64,000 nucleotides of DNA from Diplonema japonicum (GCA_964019335.1 OZ025665.1:669932-733931); one strand, 5' to 3'; positions 10,760 to 22,764 are shown, numbered from the stretch's first letter. Translations and numbers: made by a program. The notes: a model not told the origin generated them from the sequence alone.

Positions 10760-13700
10760 CTAGCTTTGCTCAGCCCCTGTGGGGGGTTCCTCCGCTGGTT
10801 GCTCAGCCACAGAAGAGGAATTCAGCCAATCACGGGGATTCGGGTTTTGTATTTTTTTCACATCTTTAATATCTACAACCTCCTCGCACATCATGCAGGG
10901 TTCTCCCTAGTGTTGGTTTAATACCCCCTTTAAAAAAGAACACACCTGTCTCACCATCTCAGAGTAAGGTCCAAACAGTGCAGGGAATTTGCAATTAGGG
11001 CAACTCGACCACTCCGATAGCAACATATGCTGCCTGAGAAAGAAAAATTTAAAAAGAAATAATAAAACAAAAAAAAAGGGGGGGGAAGTCCCTCTCCATA
11101 CCCCGTGGCAATGCAGTAGGGGACATTGTTCTTGCACCTCGGGCAGTCCAGCATGGTCATCGGCACAGCAGTGTTGCAGAAGGGACACGGCCCCACAGGC
11201 TCCGGTGGGTCGGTCAGGTCTGCCTCCTGTGTTGGTGGTGTTAAAGAACAAAAAGAAAATAAACAGTACGCACCGTTTTCTTCTTCCCGTTGTTGTCCTT
11301 TGAGTAGTACCCTGGCTTCCTCACTATCGTGTCCATTCGCTTCCTGTGCTTTTCGGGGATCTCCTTTCTATCGGATGTGACCAGCTCCTTGGCGTAGTGG
11401 TAGGCACTCTTGTCGAAGCCTGCCTTGTTGCACTCCGTCACACACGACGTGAGGATGGGCACAACGTGCTTGGGGAACTTCGGGATGTTCTTCGCCACTC
11501 TGATCAGCATGCGTGACGCCTTCTCGTGGTCCTGCAGCGCCTTCATGAGCGGTTTCGCGATGAGGTACGAGTGCAGCAACATGAGGTTCCACCTCAGCTC
11601 CGATGGGATAGTGATGCCGTGTTTCTCGAGGTCCTTGTACGTCTGGAACAGTAACCTGTGTGCGATCCTGTAGTGGCCCATCTTCTGCTCTCTGCGTGCA
11701 ATGACAATAGCCATGCCGCACCCCTTGTCGTACTTCCCAAGTGCCATGTACAGTGAGAACAAGTACTTTGGATCCCTCGGCACTTGGCTGTCCTCGTCTG
11801 TTGTGAGGAACGTGATCAGCACCTTGTTCAGCTTGTCGTTTTGTGCCTCACCCACGACCTCGATGGCTTTGTTGATGCAAACATCCGTCTGCTTTACTCT
11901 GCTCTCCTCGTCCTCCGCACGATGGATTCCTTGTTCCAGCGTGCTCACCATGTCTAAGTACTTCTGCAGCGCCTTGTCGTACCTCTTGCACTTCAGGTAG
12001 TAGTCGCCCGCCTGTTGTGTTGTACTTCATATGTTGCTGCATACCGTGTTGTTCTTGCCCTTCTCCTCATAGTAGTTGGCGATGGCGAGATAGTCTTCCA
12101 CCGACCCATTGCTGCTCAGCACAGACGCGTACTGTTTGTGTTTTTTTTTTTTTTTTTTTTCCAATATTTCCCCCAACATACTGTGTGCATGTGGTCATGC
12201 AGCGACGCCAGCTCGAACGCTTCCTCTGTTTTCTTTGCAAGAAGGAGGAACTCGATGGCTGTCTCAGGGTTCCCGTCCTTTTGACATCTCTTCGCCACCA
12301 GTGCTGCCGCTTCAGCAGACTTCGTCCTGCGCACCACATCGTAGGCAGACGAGATGTCATTGAGGTGCTCGACAAGGAGGCGGACCACGTTGTCCCAGTC
12401 CTCCGCAGCAAGGTAGGCCTGCTTCGCCGCCTCGTAGTCCTTGTCATGCTCTTTCGCAGCACCGTAGAGACCTTGTATTCTGTGTGAGTTAATGCGTGGC
12501 ATTAGCGTTGCTGCTGCTTTCAGGTTCTTGTTCTGGCAGATGTAAATCTCAGCCGCCTTGTTGAAATTTTCCGCTTGTTCGTACAGCTGCGCAGCTTCTG
12601 TCCACTGCTTCAGCTCTTCGAAGATCTGTGCGCACTCCACTGCAAGTGACGGTGCTTCCGTCTGCATGGCGATTTGGAACCCCCGCGTAATATCTCCCAT
12701 CCTGATGGTGATCCTGGCAATGCCTGCCTGGCACTGCTCGTTGTGCAAGTGGAGTTCCCTTCTCTTCTGCTCGTCCACGCTAGGGTCGATGCTGATGGCG
12801 CCCCTGTTGTACATGTCCAGCGCTGGCTGCAGCTCGCCCTTGAACTCCAGCTGCGTGGCATACTCTTTCGAGATGTAAGGTATCTCCTCGGGTGCCATCT
12901 TTTCAGACAGCTCCAACGCCTCGTTCCAATGCATGAGGTTTCTCCGCATCTCGAGGGCCAACTTGGGGTTCGAGGATTTCATGAAATGGTTTTGCGCTTC
13001 ATTAAAATTCTTAAAGAGCATAGCCACGTGGCCCAGCAGCAGGGTCTTCTCGCTGACGTGTAAGAGCTTGTCCAGAGCGAGGACCATAGCAGGCTGCTGT
13101 ACCATGCGATAGACCCTGATGGCCATAGGGATATCAAGAAGATGCAGGGCTCTGTCCGCGAGATACCAGCAGTCCTGAGTCGACAGCCTTTGTGCGTAGC
13201 TCCATGCTGCGTCCAGCCTGTTCAGCGACAGGCAATTGTGAAAGGCCTGCTGCACCTGGTCGCCTACAACTCTGTTGCTCACTGTGGCGTTTACGTGTGT
13301 GTTCAAGGACACTATGGGCATGGTGCCGTTGCCCATTTGGCACACAGCACCACCGTTGTGCACCAAGATAGGCGTGAAGTGCGCGGGCTTGTCTGTCACC
13401 TTGACTTCATCAGTAACAGGCTTTCCGGGAAGGGAGGTGCACACAGGGCCGCACTTGGGACCCCACCTTGTGTTTGGCGAGTACACGTACGTGGTGAAGT
13501 GCTTGGTGTCGCACCCAATGAAGACACCCCAGTCGGAGCTGTCCCATAACAGCTTGTCTGTGTTGACATTGAACTGATCGACTTTGCACAGCGAGTCGTC
13601 GACAGGGGAGTAGATGTACGCGTCGTTGGCATCATCCATGAAGGCAAGTCGCGTGCCTTCCGTGTTTGGGAAGATGGACCGGATGCCAATTGGCGTCCGG

Positions 13701-15289
13701 TACTCGGAGATGATAGTCCAGTCGTCGAGGGAGAAGTAAACAATGGAACCTTGGTTCGTGCTGTACATCATGAACTTGGGTGACATGGCAACAGATGTGA
13801 TGCGGGTATCACCTTCCTTCTCAGGGAACACCTTCTGCTGCATCCGCTCGTCCATGTCAGATCGCATGCCCTCTGAGTCGAGTGTGTCGATCACGTGCAG
13901 CGTCACCTTTCCTTCCGATATCACCGCTGCATACTCCATGCTGAGTTTCACCTGCTCTACACTGTAAGCATAGGTCCTCTGGGTGACCTTGGTGGCTGCC
14001 TGTGTGCCGGTGATGCCCCGCTCGGGGAGGTGGTAGTACCACACACAGTTGTTCATCCCAACGGCAGCGTGGTTCGGGCCAAGGCTCACAAACGTTGGTT
14101 CCACCTCAACAGAGATGTTGACGACCTCTTGCTCGGCCAAGATGTCCTTCACGCACACTTCGCGCAGTGAGGTGAGGTACAAGACACGCGTCCCATACGC
14201 ATCATTCATGACTGGGATCTTCGTGAGCAGCGTGTGCACATTCCCGTTCCTAGACGACACGGTGAGGATCTGCCCGTCCTCCGTCCATTCTATTTTCTGC
14301 AGTGCTCCATACTCCGAGTCAAGGTCATACTTGTCGGAGTCTCTCGCCTTGATATTCTGCAACTCTTCCATCCCGAACAGCTGCACGCAGTTATCGCCTA
14401 TCGATGCACCCTTCTGCAGGGAGGGGCAGTACGCTACGTCGCCGAGTTGGTCGGAGTGCGGCACCACGTATGACACTTCCTGCCCGATCTCTTTCAAGTG
14501 AGTTGAGATGACGATGACCTGGCCTGAGGAGAACCCCACCAAGATGTACCCGTCACCGAACCACCTGTACGACATGATGGTGCCGTACTTGGGGAGGAAG
14601 GCTAGCTCGTAGGGCGACTCCGAAGCTTCTGTCGTGTCGTAGAGGAGCAGAGTCTTGCCACCCATGTTCACGGAGATGGTCGTCTCCTCGTCGTCGTTGG
14701 GGTTCGTGACGCCTTCTGACTTCATGCGCGCGAACTGCACGTTCACGGGCTCAAGCTTGAGTTGTATCTGATCGATGAGGTCTCCCTCAGAGGTGTTAAT
14801 AGACAGCACCCTGTCCTCTCCCGCCAGTGCCAGCTTGCCTGTTGTGCTCCATGCACCGCAAGTGATCTTCTTTGTGTGCTTGCCCATTGCGGACATCTTC
14901 TTCAGTGTTTTTTTGTTGTACAACAGCAAGTTGCCCTTCAGCGTGCCGACGGCTAGCTGCGGGCCACACTTGTTCCATTTGAGAAATGTTAAATCTTTCA
15001 AGCCTGTTTCTAGGTTTTCAAGCTTCTTGCCTGAGTAATGCCATAGGACGATGATAGGACTGCCTTGTTGCATCACAGCGATAGTTTCTCCAGACGAATC
15101 CCACTCCAAGCCCATGCAGGCACCAGGGTGCGACAAGGTTTTCTGGTCTATCACTTTCCCCTGCCTGTCCCATACCGTCAATTTCCTGTTCACCCCACAA
15201 CACGCCAGCAGATTCCCTCCTCTGTTCCATCCAAAGCACACTGACCCCTTCCCATTAGTGCCGTGGTCGACGGTGAACAGCTTACGCAT
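10760..15289 (-). CDS. WDR19: Intraflagellar transport protein 144 (WDR19), 6 exons
   Basis: WD40 + TPR + C-terminal Zn-finger. GT-AG introns 12132-12181, 12012-12044, 11227-11273, 11034-11101 and 10907-10945 join the ORF-track pieces into one frame ending in TAG at 10760. Confidence 0.93.
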
Positions 15290-15552
15290 TGCTGCGTAGT
15301 TCCACCACCACACCCACCACCTCCCCTCCTGTGAGTTGTATTTTACAATAAAGTAACATAAAATACTAAACACTCCTCGGGGGGCTGCTACCCTTTGTCC
15401 TGGTTCGGTGCATCATAAAGACCAGCAAAAAAGGAAGTAGGAAACGGGTACAGGGGAAATAAACAGGGGTTCAGAAAATAGAAAACAAAGGGGGGTAATA
15501 CGACTTAGGTGACCCGCTGACACTGATAACCCGGCTGACACTATTAACAGGT

Positions 15553-16485
15553 TCAAGGCTGTACACCGCATGTTGGAGTGCTGTTGATGGCGTGGGGAAC
15601 AGGGGGGAGGGCAGAGGACTTCGTGGCCTGGCTGATAGCAGAGACCAGCTCAGAGTAACAGACATCGACGTTTCTGTTGGTCAGTTCGTACCAGAAGAAT
15701 TCGTGCGAGTCGCAGAAGGCAATCTCCTTCAGGGAGTTCTTCAATCTGGTCTGGATCTTGTCCTCTGTCTCGGTACCTCTCCCCCTCAGCCTCCTCTCCA
15801 GCTCCTCTGCAGAGGGAGGTTTGATGAACAAGCCAACAAACGGGATACCCGCCTCCGCCACCTTCTGTGCGCCCTGTATGTCGATGTCCAGCACGCAGAT
15901 CCTGCCTGTCCTCTGCACTGCCTCTACTGCCTCCTTTGACGTACCATAGTAGTTCCCATGAACGTGTGCATACTCCACGAACTGCCCCTCCTTGATCATC
16001 TCTTCGACCTCGCTCTTCTCAGTGAAGAAGTAGTCCTTCCCGTCGACTTCACCAGGGCGGGGACCCCTTGTTGTGTGGGACACACTGAAACCGAATGTGT
16101 CCGGGTAGTCCTTGAACAGCTTTGCAAGGAGCGTCCCCTTCCCAACACCCGAAGGCCCACAGATCACAACCAGCTCAGGGTTGCACCTCACCAACACCTT
16201 GCCGTCGAGCGAGGCCTCCTCCTTCGACTCAGACAGCACCATTCCATTGCACTCATCACCCTTTACCCGGCACTTGAAGCTGCCCGTCACTCTGTCCCCC
16301 CACTGCTTCAGCTTCAGTAGATTTCCGTCTGCGGTCTTCCAGTACCCTGTGAACCCTTGGGGGTTGGTCTGGCTCGTAGCGCTGCACATCCTCAGCCCCT
16401 GATACCCAGTCACGAACCCTCCGAAGAGCCCCGCACCTATCTTCGCTGTTCTAGTGCGAAACATTTTATTGTGTGCGCCTGTCAT
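15553..16485 (-). CDS. GUK1: Guanylate kinase with N-terminal extension
   Basis: GPSGVGKGT P-loop, SHTTRGPRPGEVDGKDY, YYGTS, LDIDIQG motifs. Confidence 0.93.
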   Translation of the reverse strand: MTGAHNKMFRTRTAKIGAGLFGGFVTGYQGLRMCSATSQTNPQGFTGYWKTADGNLLKLKQWGDRVTGSFKCRVKGDECNGMVLSESKEEASLDGKVLVRCNPELVVICGPSGVGKGTLLAKLFKDYPDTFGFSVSHTTRGPRPGEVDGKDYFFTEKSEVEEMIKEGQFVEYAHVHGNYYGTSKEAVEAVQRTGRICVLDIDIQGAQKVAEAGIPFVGLFIKPPSAEELERRLRGRGTETEDKIQTRLKNSLKEIAFCDSHEFFWYELTNRNVDVCYSELVSAISQATKSSALPPVPHAINSTPTCGVQP

Positions 16486-16525
16486 GGACTACAATACAGA
16501 AACAAAACAACACAGTTTTGCGTCA

Positions 16526-18274
16526 TCAGTATCTCACCAACCCTGCAAGGGCTGCCTGGAGGTCGTGGTCCAACGGCGCCGTGAACCTGTACTGTGCACC
16601 CGCTTCGTCAGTGCCCTCGACCATGCTGCAGTGGAGGAAGTGGCGGGGACACCACTTTCTTTGTGCATTTACCTTCGAAGACTTGCTGTACTTTGGATCA
16701 CATACAAGGGGATGCCCAATAGAAGCCATATGCACACGTATCTGGTGCGTCCGGCCTGTCAGGGGGGTTACCTTGAGGAGAGAGAACCTCTCACTTGCAG
16801 TTGGGGGCGGGAGATGGAAAGACAGCAGATGTTCACACAAGCTACGTGATGCACCAACACGAAGCAGCCCTCTGCACAGAGAGACCAGCAGGGGTGTAAC
16901 TAAAACCTTCCTGTAGACTGCCGTCCGATCGTAGACCGTGGCCGACGGCTTCCCTGATTTGTGCACTCTCACCCTGTTCTTGCCTGGTGCGGTGGACAGC
17001 AGCAGCGGTGCATCGACTCTCCCTGTTTCCGGTGGCACTCCACAACACAGTGCCACGTACTCCTTCCCCACCTTCTTTTCTTTGTACTGCTCTTTCATAA
17101 ACTCCTCGCTGTTCTTGCTTGTTGCGTAGATCAGCACACCACTAGTGTCCTTATCCAACCGTGAAATGGAGATGACACCAGCACCCTCCTCCCTTGGTGT
17201 GTGGTGCAAGATGTACTCCGTGCTGCGTAGTGGCGGCTTCCACACAGCCCGCAAACCACTAGGAACCATGCAAGGTGGTGCGTTGTTCAGCAGCGCCTTG
17301 ATAGTGACGTCCGGGTCGTGGTTTTCTACTCTTCGCTTCTTCTGAACTGGTGAGGATGTACTGTCACGTGCAGGGCTGCCTGTTGCCCTCACCACCCACT
17401 TGCCGTTCTCCTGCTTTGTGTCGAATTCCTTGAAGTCTTGTAAGACATTCAGGAAGCCTCGTCCTTTCAGGCATTTCTTGATTTTGTTGTCTTGCCCCAT
17501 CCATGCAATGTCAATACCCTTGTAGGGGTTCGTCCCTTTCAAAAGAGCAGCCACGCGTGCTTTGAGCTCCTCCTCGTTGCGCTCTGCCTTGTCGGTGTCG
17601 CGGGGTGTGGCGTCCCTACCCACTGGGAGGGTGATGTACGAGTTACAACAGCACTTGTGCGGCAACGAGAGGTGGTATATGTCGCATTTGGGGTCCTTTT
17701 CGTCGGGGCGGTGGGTGATTGTGAAGACTTCAGGGAGACCTTCCGCAAAGGAAAGAAGGTAAGAGGCGAAGAGCATGCCGACACGCCGCTTCTCGCCTTC
17801 GTCGTCTGCTGCAGGTGTCTGGTACCTGAGGTATGGATCGCAGAGGAGGGACAAGTTGGGAGCAAGGGCATAGGCAGAACGCAGCTTCTTGCGCACCTTG
17901 AAGTTCAGTGACATGTACGACACGCGTGCAGGTTGCGCCGTCTTGGCCATCACACGCTGGAGCTCGTGCTGCAGTAGCTTTTCCAATGCGTTCAAGGCCG
18001 TCCGTCCAGCGGGGGTGATGTCTGTCTCCTTCGGTCCCCCCTTCACACGCACCATAAGGCCTTCCTTCCCCCCATAGGTCATGACTTCACCTTTCCTTTC
18101 GCTCAGTTCGAACTCGGTCGGATATTCCCCAAGGAATTGTTTCAGCTTCCTATCTCCCAACGCCTTCTTCAACTCAGGACGGTGACTAAAGAAACTGGCA
18201 ACCGGAATTGAGCCGCCACACCCCGCCACCGTCTCCTTCACAATCTCTACAATCTGTTCATCCGTGATGTCCAT
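16526..18274 (-). CDS. RluA-family RNA pseudouridine synthase with long N-terminal extension
   Basis: SRLDKDTSG catalytic Asp motif, KEYVAL, TGRTHQIRVH, GHPLVCDPKY, FLH. Confidence 0.9.
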   Translation of the reverse strand: MDITDEQIVEIVKETVAGCGGSIPVASFFSHRPELKKALGDRKLKQFLGEYPTEFELSERKGEVMTYGGKEGLMVRVKGGPKETDITPAGRTALNALEKLLQHELQRVMAKTAQPARVSYMSLNFKVRKKLRSAYALAPNLSLLCDPYLRYQTPAADDEGEKRRVGMLFASYLLSFAEGLPEVFTITHRPDEKDPKCDIYHLSLPHKCCCNSYITLPVGRDATPRDTDKAERNEEELKARVAALLKGTNPYKGIDIAWMGQDNKIKKCLKGRGFLNVLQDFKEFDTKQENGKWVVRATGSPARDSTSSPVQKKRRVENHDPDVTIKALLNNAPPCMVPSGLRAVWKPPLRSTEYILHHTPREEGAGVISISRLDKDTSGVLIYATSKNSEEFMKEQYKEKKVGKEYVALCCGVPPETGRVDAPLLLSTAPGKNRVRVHKSGKPSATVYDRTAVYRKVLVTPLLVSLCRGLLRVGASRSLCEHLLSFHLPPPTASERFSLLKVTPLTGRTHQIRVHMASIGHPLVCDPKYSKSSKVNAQRKWCPRHFLHCSMVEGTDEAGAQYRFTAPLDHDLQAALAGLVRY

Positions 18275-19595
18275 TGTTCCTGAAAAAGAGTTTTAAGCAT
18301 GCAGCAGTCTGGTTGCAAGAAAGTACATAAAGGGCCGTCGCCACACGGTACACAGTGCTGTATCCTTTCTTTTTTTTGATGCTGTCGATAAGATCATATC
18401 AGGGAGCAAGGATGGGGACAGGTATGGGAGGTAAGATTGTTAAAATGTGACATTAAGGGCAACAAAATGAGGATTCTGGGGCGACAGTTTACCTGTTCCG
18501 CAAAACACAAACAAAAAAGAAGAAGAAGAAGAAACCAAAAAAAAAAAAGAAAGAAAACTCAATGGAAAGAGCGCGGGGAAGGGCAACATGTTAATTATTC
18601 ATTTTTGTCGAATAATTATAATTAGTTTTTCCTTAACTGTAGTGGAGCACAGATAAAGAAAAGGACAGTGCCCACACAAAAAGAAGGGAAAAAAAAAGAG
18701 AAAAAAAAAAAAGGAAAATCCAACGCAAAGAGGGGAATATTTCTTTTTTTTTTTTTGGTACCTTCTTATTTATTAAAAGCCGCTCTTTTTATTTATGAGT
18801 TGCCCTCTTGGTCGAATTCGCCTTTGTTGAATAAAAGAAAAAGGAAAAGTTTCAAATAAAAATAAAAGCTCCTGCCGGATCATCCTCAAATGAACCCGAT
18901 AAGGATGTTCCCCAATGATGGAAAGAAGGCGATGTTTAAGGGAAAATCCCACCTGAGGACCCCTAAAGAAGTATTGCCATAACGAATTTTGCTTTAAAGC
19001 ACCATATACCATACCCTTTTGTAACGATACCTACTAATGGGCAGAGGAGCGCCCCGTGGTTGTTGAGAGACGTGGTAGTGAGAGGGGAGGGGAGGGACCT
19101 TCAGTTTCAAAGTGCCTTAATAACACAGACAACAGAGGTAGGGTGGGGATGGGGGCTGATATATGGTGCAAGCAATATTTTTTCATATCTCTGAAGTTGT
19201 CAAGCACAAAAAAAGAAAAGGGAAAGATTCTCAGCCGCTTCGGAGGGTTCGAGACATGAGTCGGTATCAATTTCCATTTTTTTTCTCTTTTTTTTTTTAC
19301 ATGTTATTATTATTATTTTTTTTTCTTTTTTGTTACTATGGCTTTTTTGACTCAGCAAAAGGCGAACGATCAGAATGCGCAGGAAAGAGAAGGGGAGAAA
19401 ACAACAAATATATTTAAAAAAAAAAGAAAAAGTACTTTAAAAAAAAAACCCCCCCCAGGGAACCCTCTCCCTAATGACACGACACGTCCTGCCTCAACAG
19501 ACACTTCTTTTCCCCGTCGTTGATATCGCCATTGTCACCGAGAAGCTTCAGTTTATGGAGGCGAACAGCTTCTGTTTTTTTTTTTTTTTTTTTTT

Positions 19596-20150
19596 TTAAT
19601 TATTATTCTTCCATAGCCCTCCCTGCACACCGTTGAAGGTCCACCCTAGGGTAAGACCCGCAATGACGGATAAGAAGAGGCCTGTGTTGTAAGTCATGGT
19701 GACAAGCATTGCTGCGTAGAGGCCAGCGAAGACCCCAAACATGAGAAGACTCCTGATGGCAAGGTGCAGGCTGGAATGCGTCACGAAGTCCTTCAACATG
19801 GTGATGAGGGCACACCCGACAATGGTCAGGATGCAGGCGAAGGCGTACATGCCCCTTGATGTGATGTTCCACTCGTTGAACAAGATAACCACCTCATGTC
19901 CCGTGTAAAAAGTCATGACCATTTGCCCACCCCCACCGCCGCCCGAGATGGGCATGCACATATTGTCAGTCCAATGGCACGCAAGACACTCCTTCTGGTT
20001 TTTGCACATATTCATTTCCGCGTTCATCCCCATCTCAGAGCACGTCCCGTTCATCATCATGCAGTTCAGGCAGTGCGCCTCATCATACATCATGCATCCC
20101 GCAAGGGCGGCAGGCAAGTACGCAAGCAAGGCTATCAACACAAATTTCAT
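19596..20150 (-). CDS. Ctr-family copper transporter
   Basis: Met/Cys-rich N-terminus, MxMTF..ILFNEW, MLVTM (MxxxM) TYN, GxxxG in the last TM. Confidence 0.9.
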   Translation of the reverse strand: MKFVLIALLAYLPAALAGCMMYDEAHCLNCMMMNGTCSEMGMNAEMNMCKNQKECLACHWTDNMCMPISGGGGGGQMVMTFYTGHEVVILFNEWNITSRGMYAFACILTIVGCALITMLKDFVTHSSLHLAIRSLLMFGVFAGLYAAMLVTMTYNTGLFLSVIAGLTLGWTFNGVQGGLWKNNN

Positions 20151-20240
20151 TTTTCGTTTTTATTAAAAAGAGGGGGGATAAGAGAGAAACGCGGGCTGTG
20201 ATGGTTGCTTGTGCAGCACGGATGATTAAAACAGACGAAC

Positions 20241-21104
20241 TCACTTCCTGCTGACCAAGGCGACGTTCCTTCCTGTGATAGGGATCTCCATGCGCTGCAT
20301 CGTGCTGTCCTGTTTCTCGAGCAAATACAAAAGGAACTGCTCATAGGTCCGTACAGGCTGCCCATCTCTCGTTGTTCTGTGTGGGTGCTTCTCGGGGAAG
20401 ACGCAGCAGGGCAGGATGATGAAGGGCGTGGAAGAAGCAAGGCAATAGTCGATGAGGGCCTCTGTCGGCTCGTCGGGGTGGATCCCGACGACAAGAGTGC
20501 ACCTGCTCAAGGCGACCAGCAGCCTCTCGATGTCGGCTTTGAGCTCTTTTGCAGTGGGCAACGTACCAGTGCTACACACATCCACACAACCGTAGAATCC
20601 CTCACTGGCAGTCGCGTGTGCTCTGAACAGTTCCACCTGTTCTTCCACCTTGTCTTCTAGCTCTGCCCTGCCCACCAGCATCGCTGTGAAGAACAGCCTA
20701 CAGTGCACAACATCTCTGCGCCCCCCTTCTACCTCACTCTGGCTATACCTCGGGTACCCGCCCAGCGCTTCGCTCTGGTGGAACATCCCGAGTCGCAGCT
20801 TCCTATCGTAGTTCTTGTATCCCTTCGCGGTCATGTCCCTTGGGTCCACTAGGTAGCTGGTTGCACCGTGTAAATTGCTCATCTCGATGGAGAACTCCCC
20901 CTTCCCCCCCGCTACCTCGACTACCACGTCGCCTTCGGCCACATCGAACTCCTTCACCACACAACGCCGCACAGCCGTGTGCCTCAGCTCTTTCCCATTG
21001 TACTTCACGCGCTCCTCTGGAGCGGGCACCCCCTCGTGGGAAAACCCGCACGCATCACCATAGCGGCATCTGCCTTTTACCCAATGCCTGCACAGTGATG
21101 TCAT
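20241..21104 (-). CDS. CCCH zinc finger + Rossmann methyltransferase-like protein
   Basis: C-x7-C-x5-C-x3-H at the N-terminus; VEVAGGKGEFS; GIHPDEPTE; LPCCVF. Confidence 0.75.
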   Translation of the reverse strand: MTSLCRHWVKGRCRYGDACGFSHEGVPAPEERVKYNGKELRHTAVRRCVVKEFDVAEGDVVVEVAGGKGEFSIEMSNLHGATSYLVDPRDMTAKGYKNYDRKLRLGMFHQSEALGGYPRYSQSEVEGGRRDVVHCRLFFTAMLVGRAELEDKVEEQVELFRAHATASEGFYGCVDVCSTGTLPTAKELKADIERLLVALSRCTLVVGIHPDEPTEALIDYCLASSTPFIILPCCVFPEKHPHRTTRDGQPVRTYEQFLLYLLEKQDSTMQRMEIPITGRNVALVSRK

Positions 21105-21153
21105 GACCTGGGCTTAGCTGCGTGACTAGGACACCAGCAAAGGAATGAATCTA

Positions 21154-22446
21154 TTACACAGACTGTAAAGCCTGCCTTTCAACATGCAGTTCCAACTGTT
21201 GCTCACGGAGTTCTCTGACGTGTGCCACAAGGTCTCGTATCGACGAAGAGAGCGCAGTTTGCTTGAACATTCGAAAGATGGTTCTCCTGCCGCAGCCTTC
21301 CTCGTGCGTTGCTTGGCCCCGCTTGGTGGCCTCAACCATGGAGAGCACTTGCGTAGAGGATGCTTGGGTTTTATAAATCACGGCGAGAATGGCCTCTGTT
21401 GTCTCTTTGGACTTCAGGAAGGAGGCCAGGAACTCCGAAGCCCTCTCGTACTTCTCTTTGATGACTACCCTCTCTGTGTACTCACACACATGACGCGTCT
21501 TTCGCTGTCGCCTCTCGATGTCCACTAGCCGCTCCAGTCTGCGATCGTAGTCTTCCAGAATACACAAGATGTGCTCCTCGTTTCGGCGTGCCCAGCAGTA
21601 TCCCTTCCCTTCGCTTCCCTCGAACTTCACACGTGCCACATGTTGCTCCTCAACTACACCTTCGCGTGTCTCTGCTTCACTTTGCAGCAGCTGTCTACCA
21701 TGTTCCTCGCACGCAACTCGAATCTTTGTAATGCGCTTCTTATACTCCTCCACGACAGCTTCCTGTCCACGCTGCCGCCTCGCACCTTCCTCTACCATTG
21801 CTAGCTCTCTCCTCATCACGTCTACACCCATCCTGTGGTACGCCTCAAGCACAGACCTGCCTATTGCGAACGAAGCCACCACTCGCAGCAGTTGCACCTG
21901 TAGGACTTCCACCTGCTCGATGTTCTCTCTGCGTGATAGTTCGGTTTGCTCCAGGGAGAGGCGGGTTCTCTTATCCTCAAGATACGCGCGGTGTTCTCGC
22001 TCTGAATGCTGCTTGATCGATAGAAAACTTAAAGCTTCTTCAACTTGGGTATGCACTCGCATGTGATCCATCTCCAGTATGTCGCTCTGCCCCTTGCATC
22101 GTACCTCTGCGGCATAGGCGTACTTCTTGAAGACAACGTTGTGCTGGCGACGGAGCTCCAGCAGAGCGCTTCTTCCTTGCTCCAACGTTCCATAGCTGTT
22201 TATGCTTCGCACGATCACCACTCGTTGCAACCGCTTTCTCCTTCCCACGCCGTTCCTGATGTAGTACTTCCCGATGGACTCGTACCCCTCTTGGGTTTCA
22301 CGCACCAATTCTTCCCTCTCTCTTACTTCTTCTACCACCAGCGTCCTCACTTCTAGGTGTGCTCTGAGCCCTCTCAAGCACCTTACAAACAGCCGTACTC
22401 TTTCGTGGCATTCCTTTGCTTCAATCCCGTCGCGGCCAAGCTCCAT
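21154..22446 (-). CDS. Hypothetical coiled-coil protein
   Basis: About 430-codon E/R-rich ORF in cluster orientation; start taken at MELGRDG. Confidence 0.65.
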   Translation of the reverse strand: MELGRDGIEAKECHERVRLFVRCLRGLRAHLEVRTLVVEEVREREELVRETQEGYESIGKYYIRNGVGRRKRLQRVVIVRSINSYGTLEQGRSALLELRRQHNVVFKKYAYAAEVRCKGQSDILEMDHMRVHTQVEEALSFLSIKQHSEREHRAYLEDKRTRLSLEQTELSRRENIEQVEVLQVQLLRVVASFAIGRSVLEAYHRMGVDVMRRELAMVEEGARRQRGQEAVVEEYKKRITKIRVACEEHGRQLLQSEAETREGVVEEQHVARVKFEGSEGKGYCWARRNEEHILCILEDYDRRLERLVDIERRQRKTRHVCEYTERVVIKEKYERASEFLASFLKSKETTEAILAVIYKTQASSTQVLSMVEATKRGQATHEEGCGRRTIFRMFKQTALSSSIRDLVAHVRELREQQLELHVERQALQSV

Positions 22447-22764
22447 CCTGCGTGGTTTGAACAAAGAGATGGAACGAAGCGCGAATAAAAACAAAACAAA
22501 GAAGAAGAAGAAAAGACGACATTTCTATCGTAATCTATTTCTAAGGGTGGTTAAAGAAAAACAGAAAGATAAAAAACAGGGGGGGGATAAACTAGACATT
22601 TTAAGTCTGTTTTCACCAGCTTTGTCATGCGGCTTCATCAGAAAATTTGACATCAAAATAGCCTCTCTATCTGTCGTTCAGAGAGAGGCTAAAATCTAAG
22701 GGAGGAGTAGCTTCTAAAAATAAACGGAAACGATTAAGGTCGCGAACTGGCAAAAAGAAGAGAA

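Noticed and set aside
16795-16906. Non-canonical intron in the RluA gene (~37-aa insertion before the TGRTHQ motif)
   Set aside because: No frame-preserving GT..YAG pair and only weak end pairing; the frame is open, so it may be a real protein insertion. Needs RNA-seq.
18773-19012. Small minus-strand ORF (also 46826-47182 and 35035-35379)
   Set aside because: Correct orientation but no recognisable motif and partly low-complexity; insufficient support.
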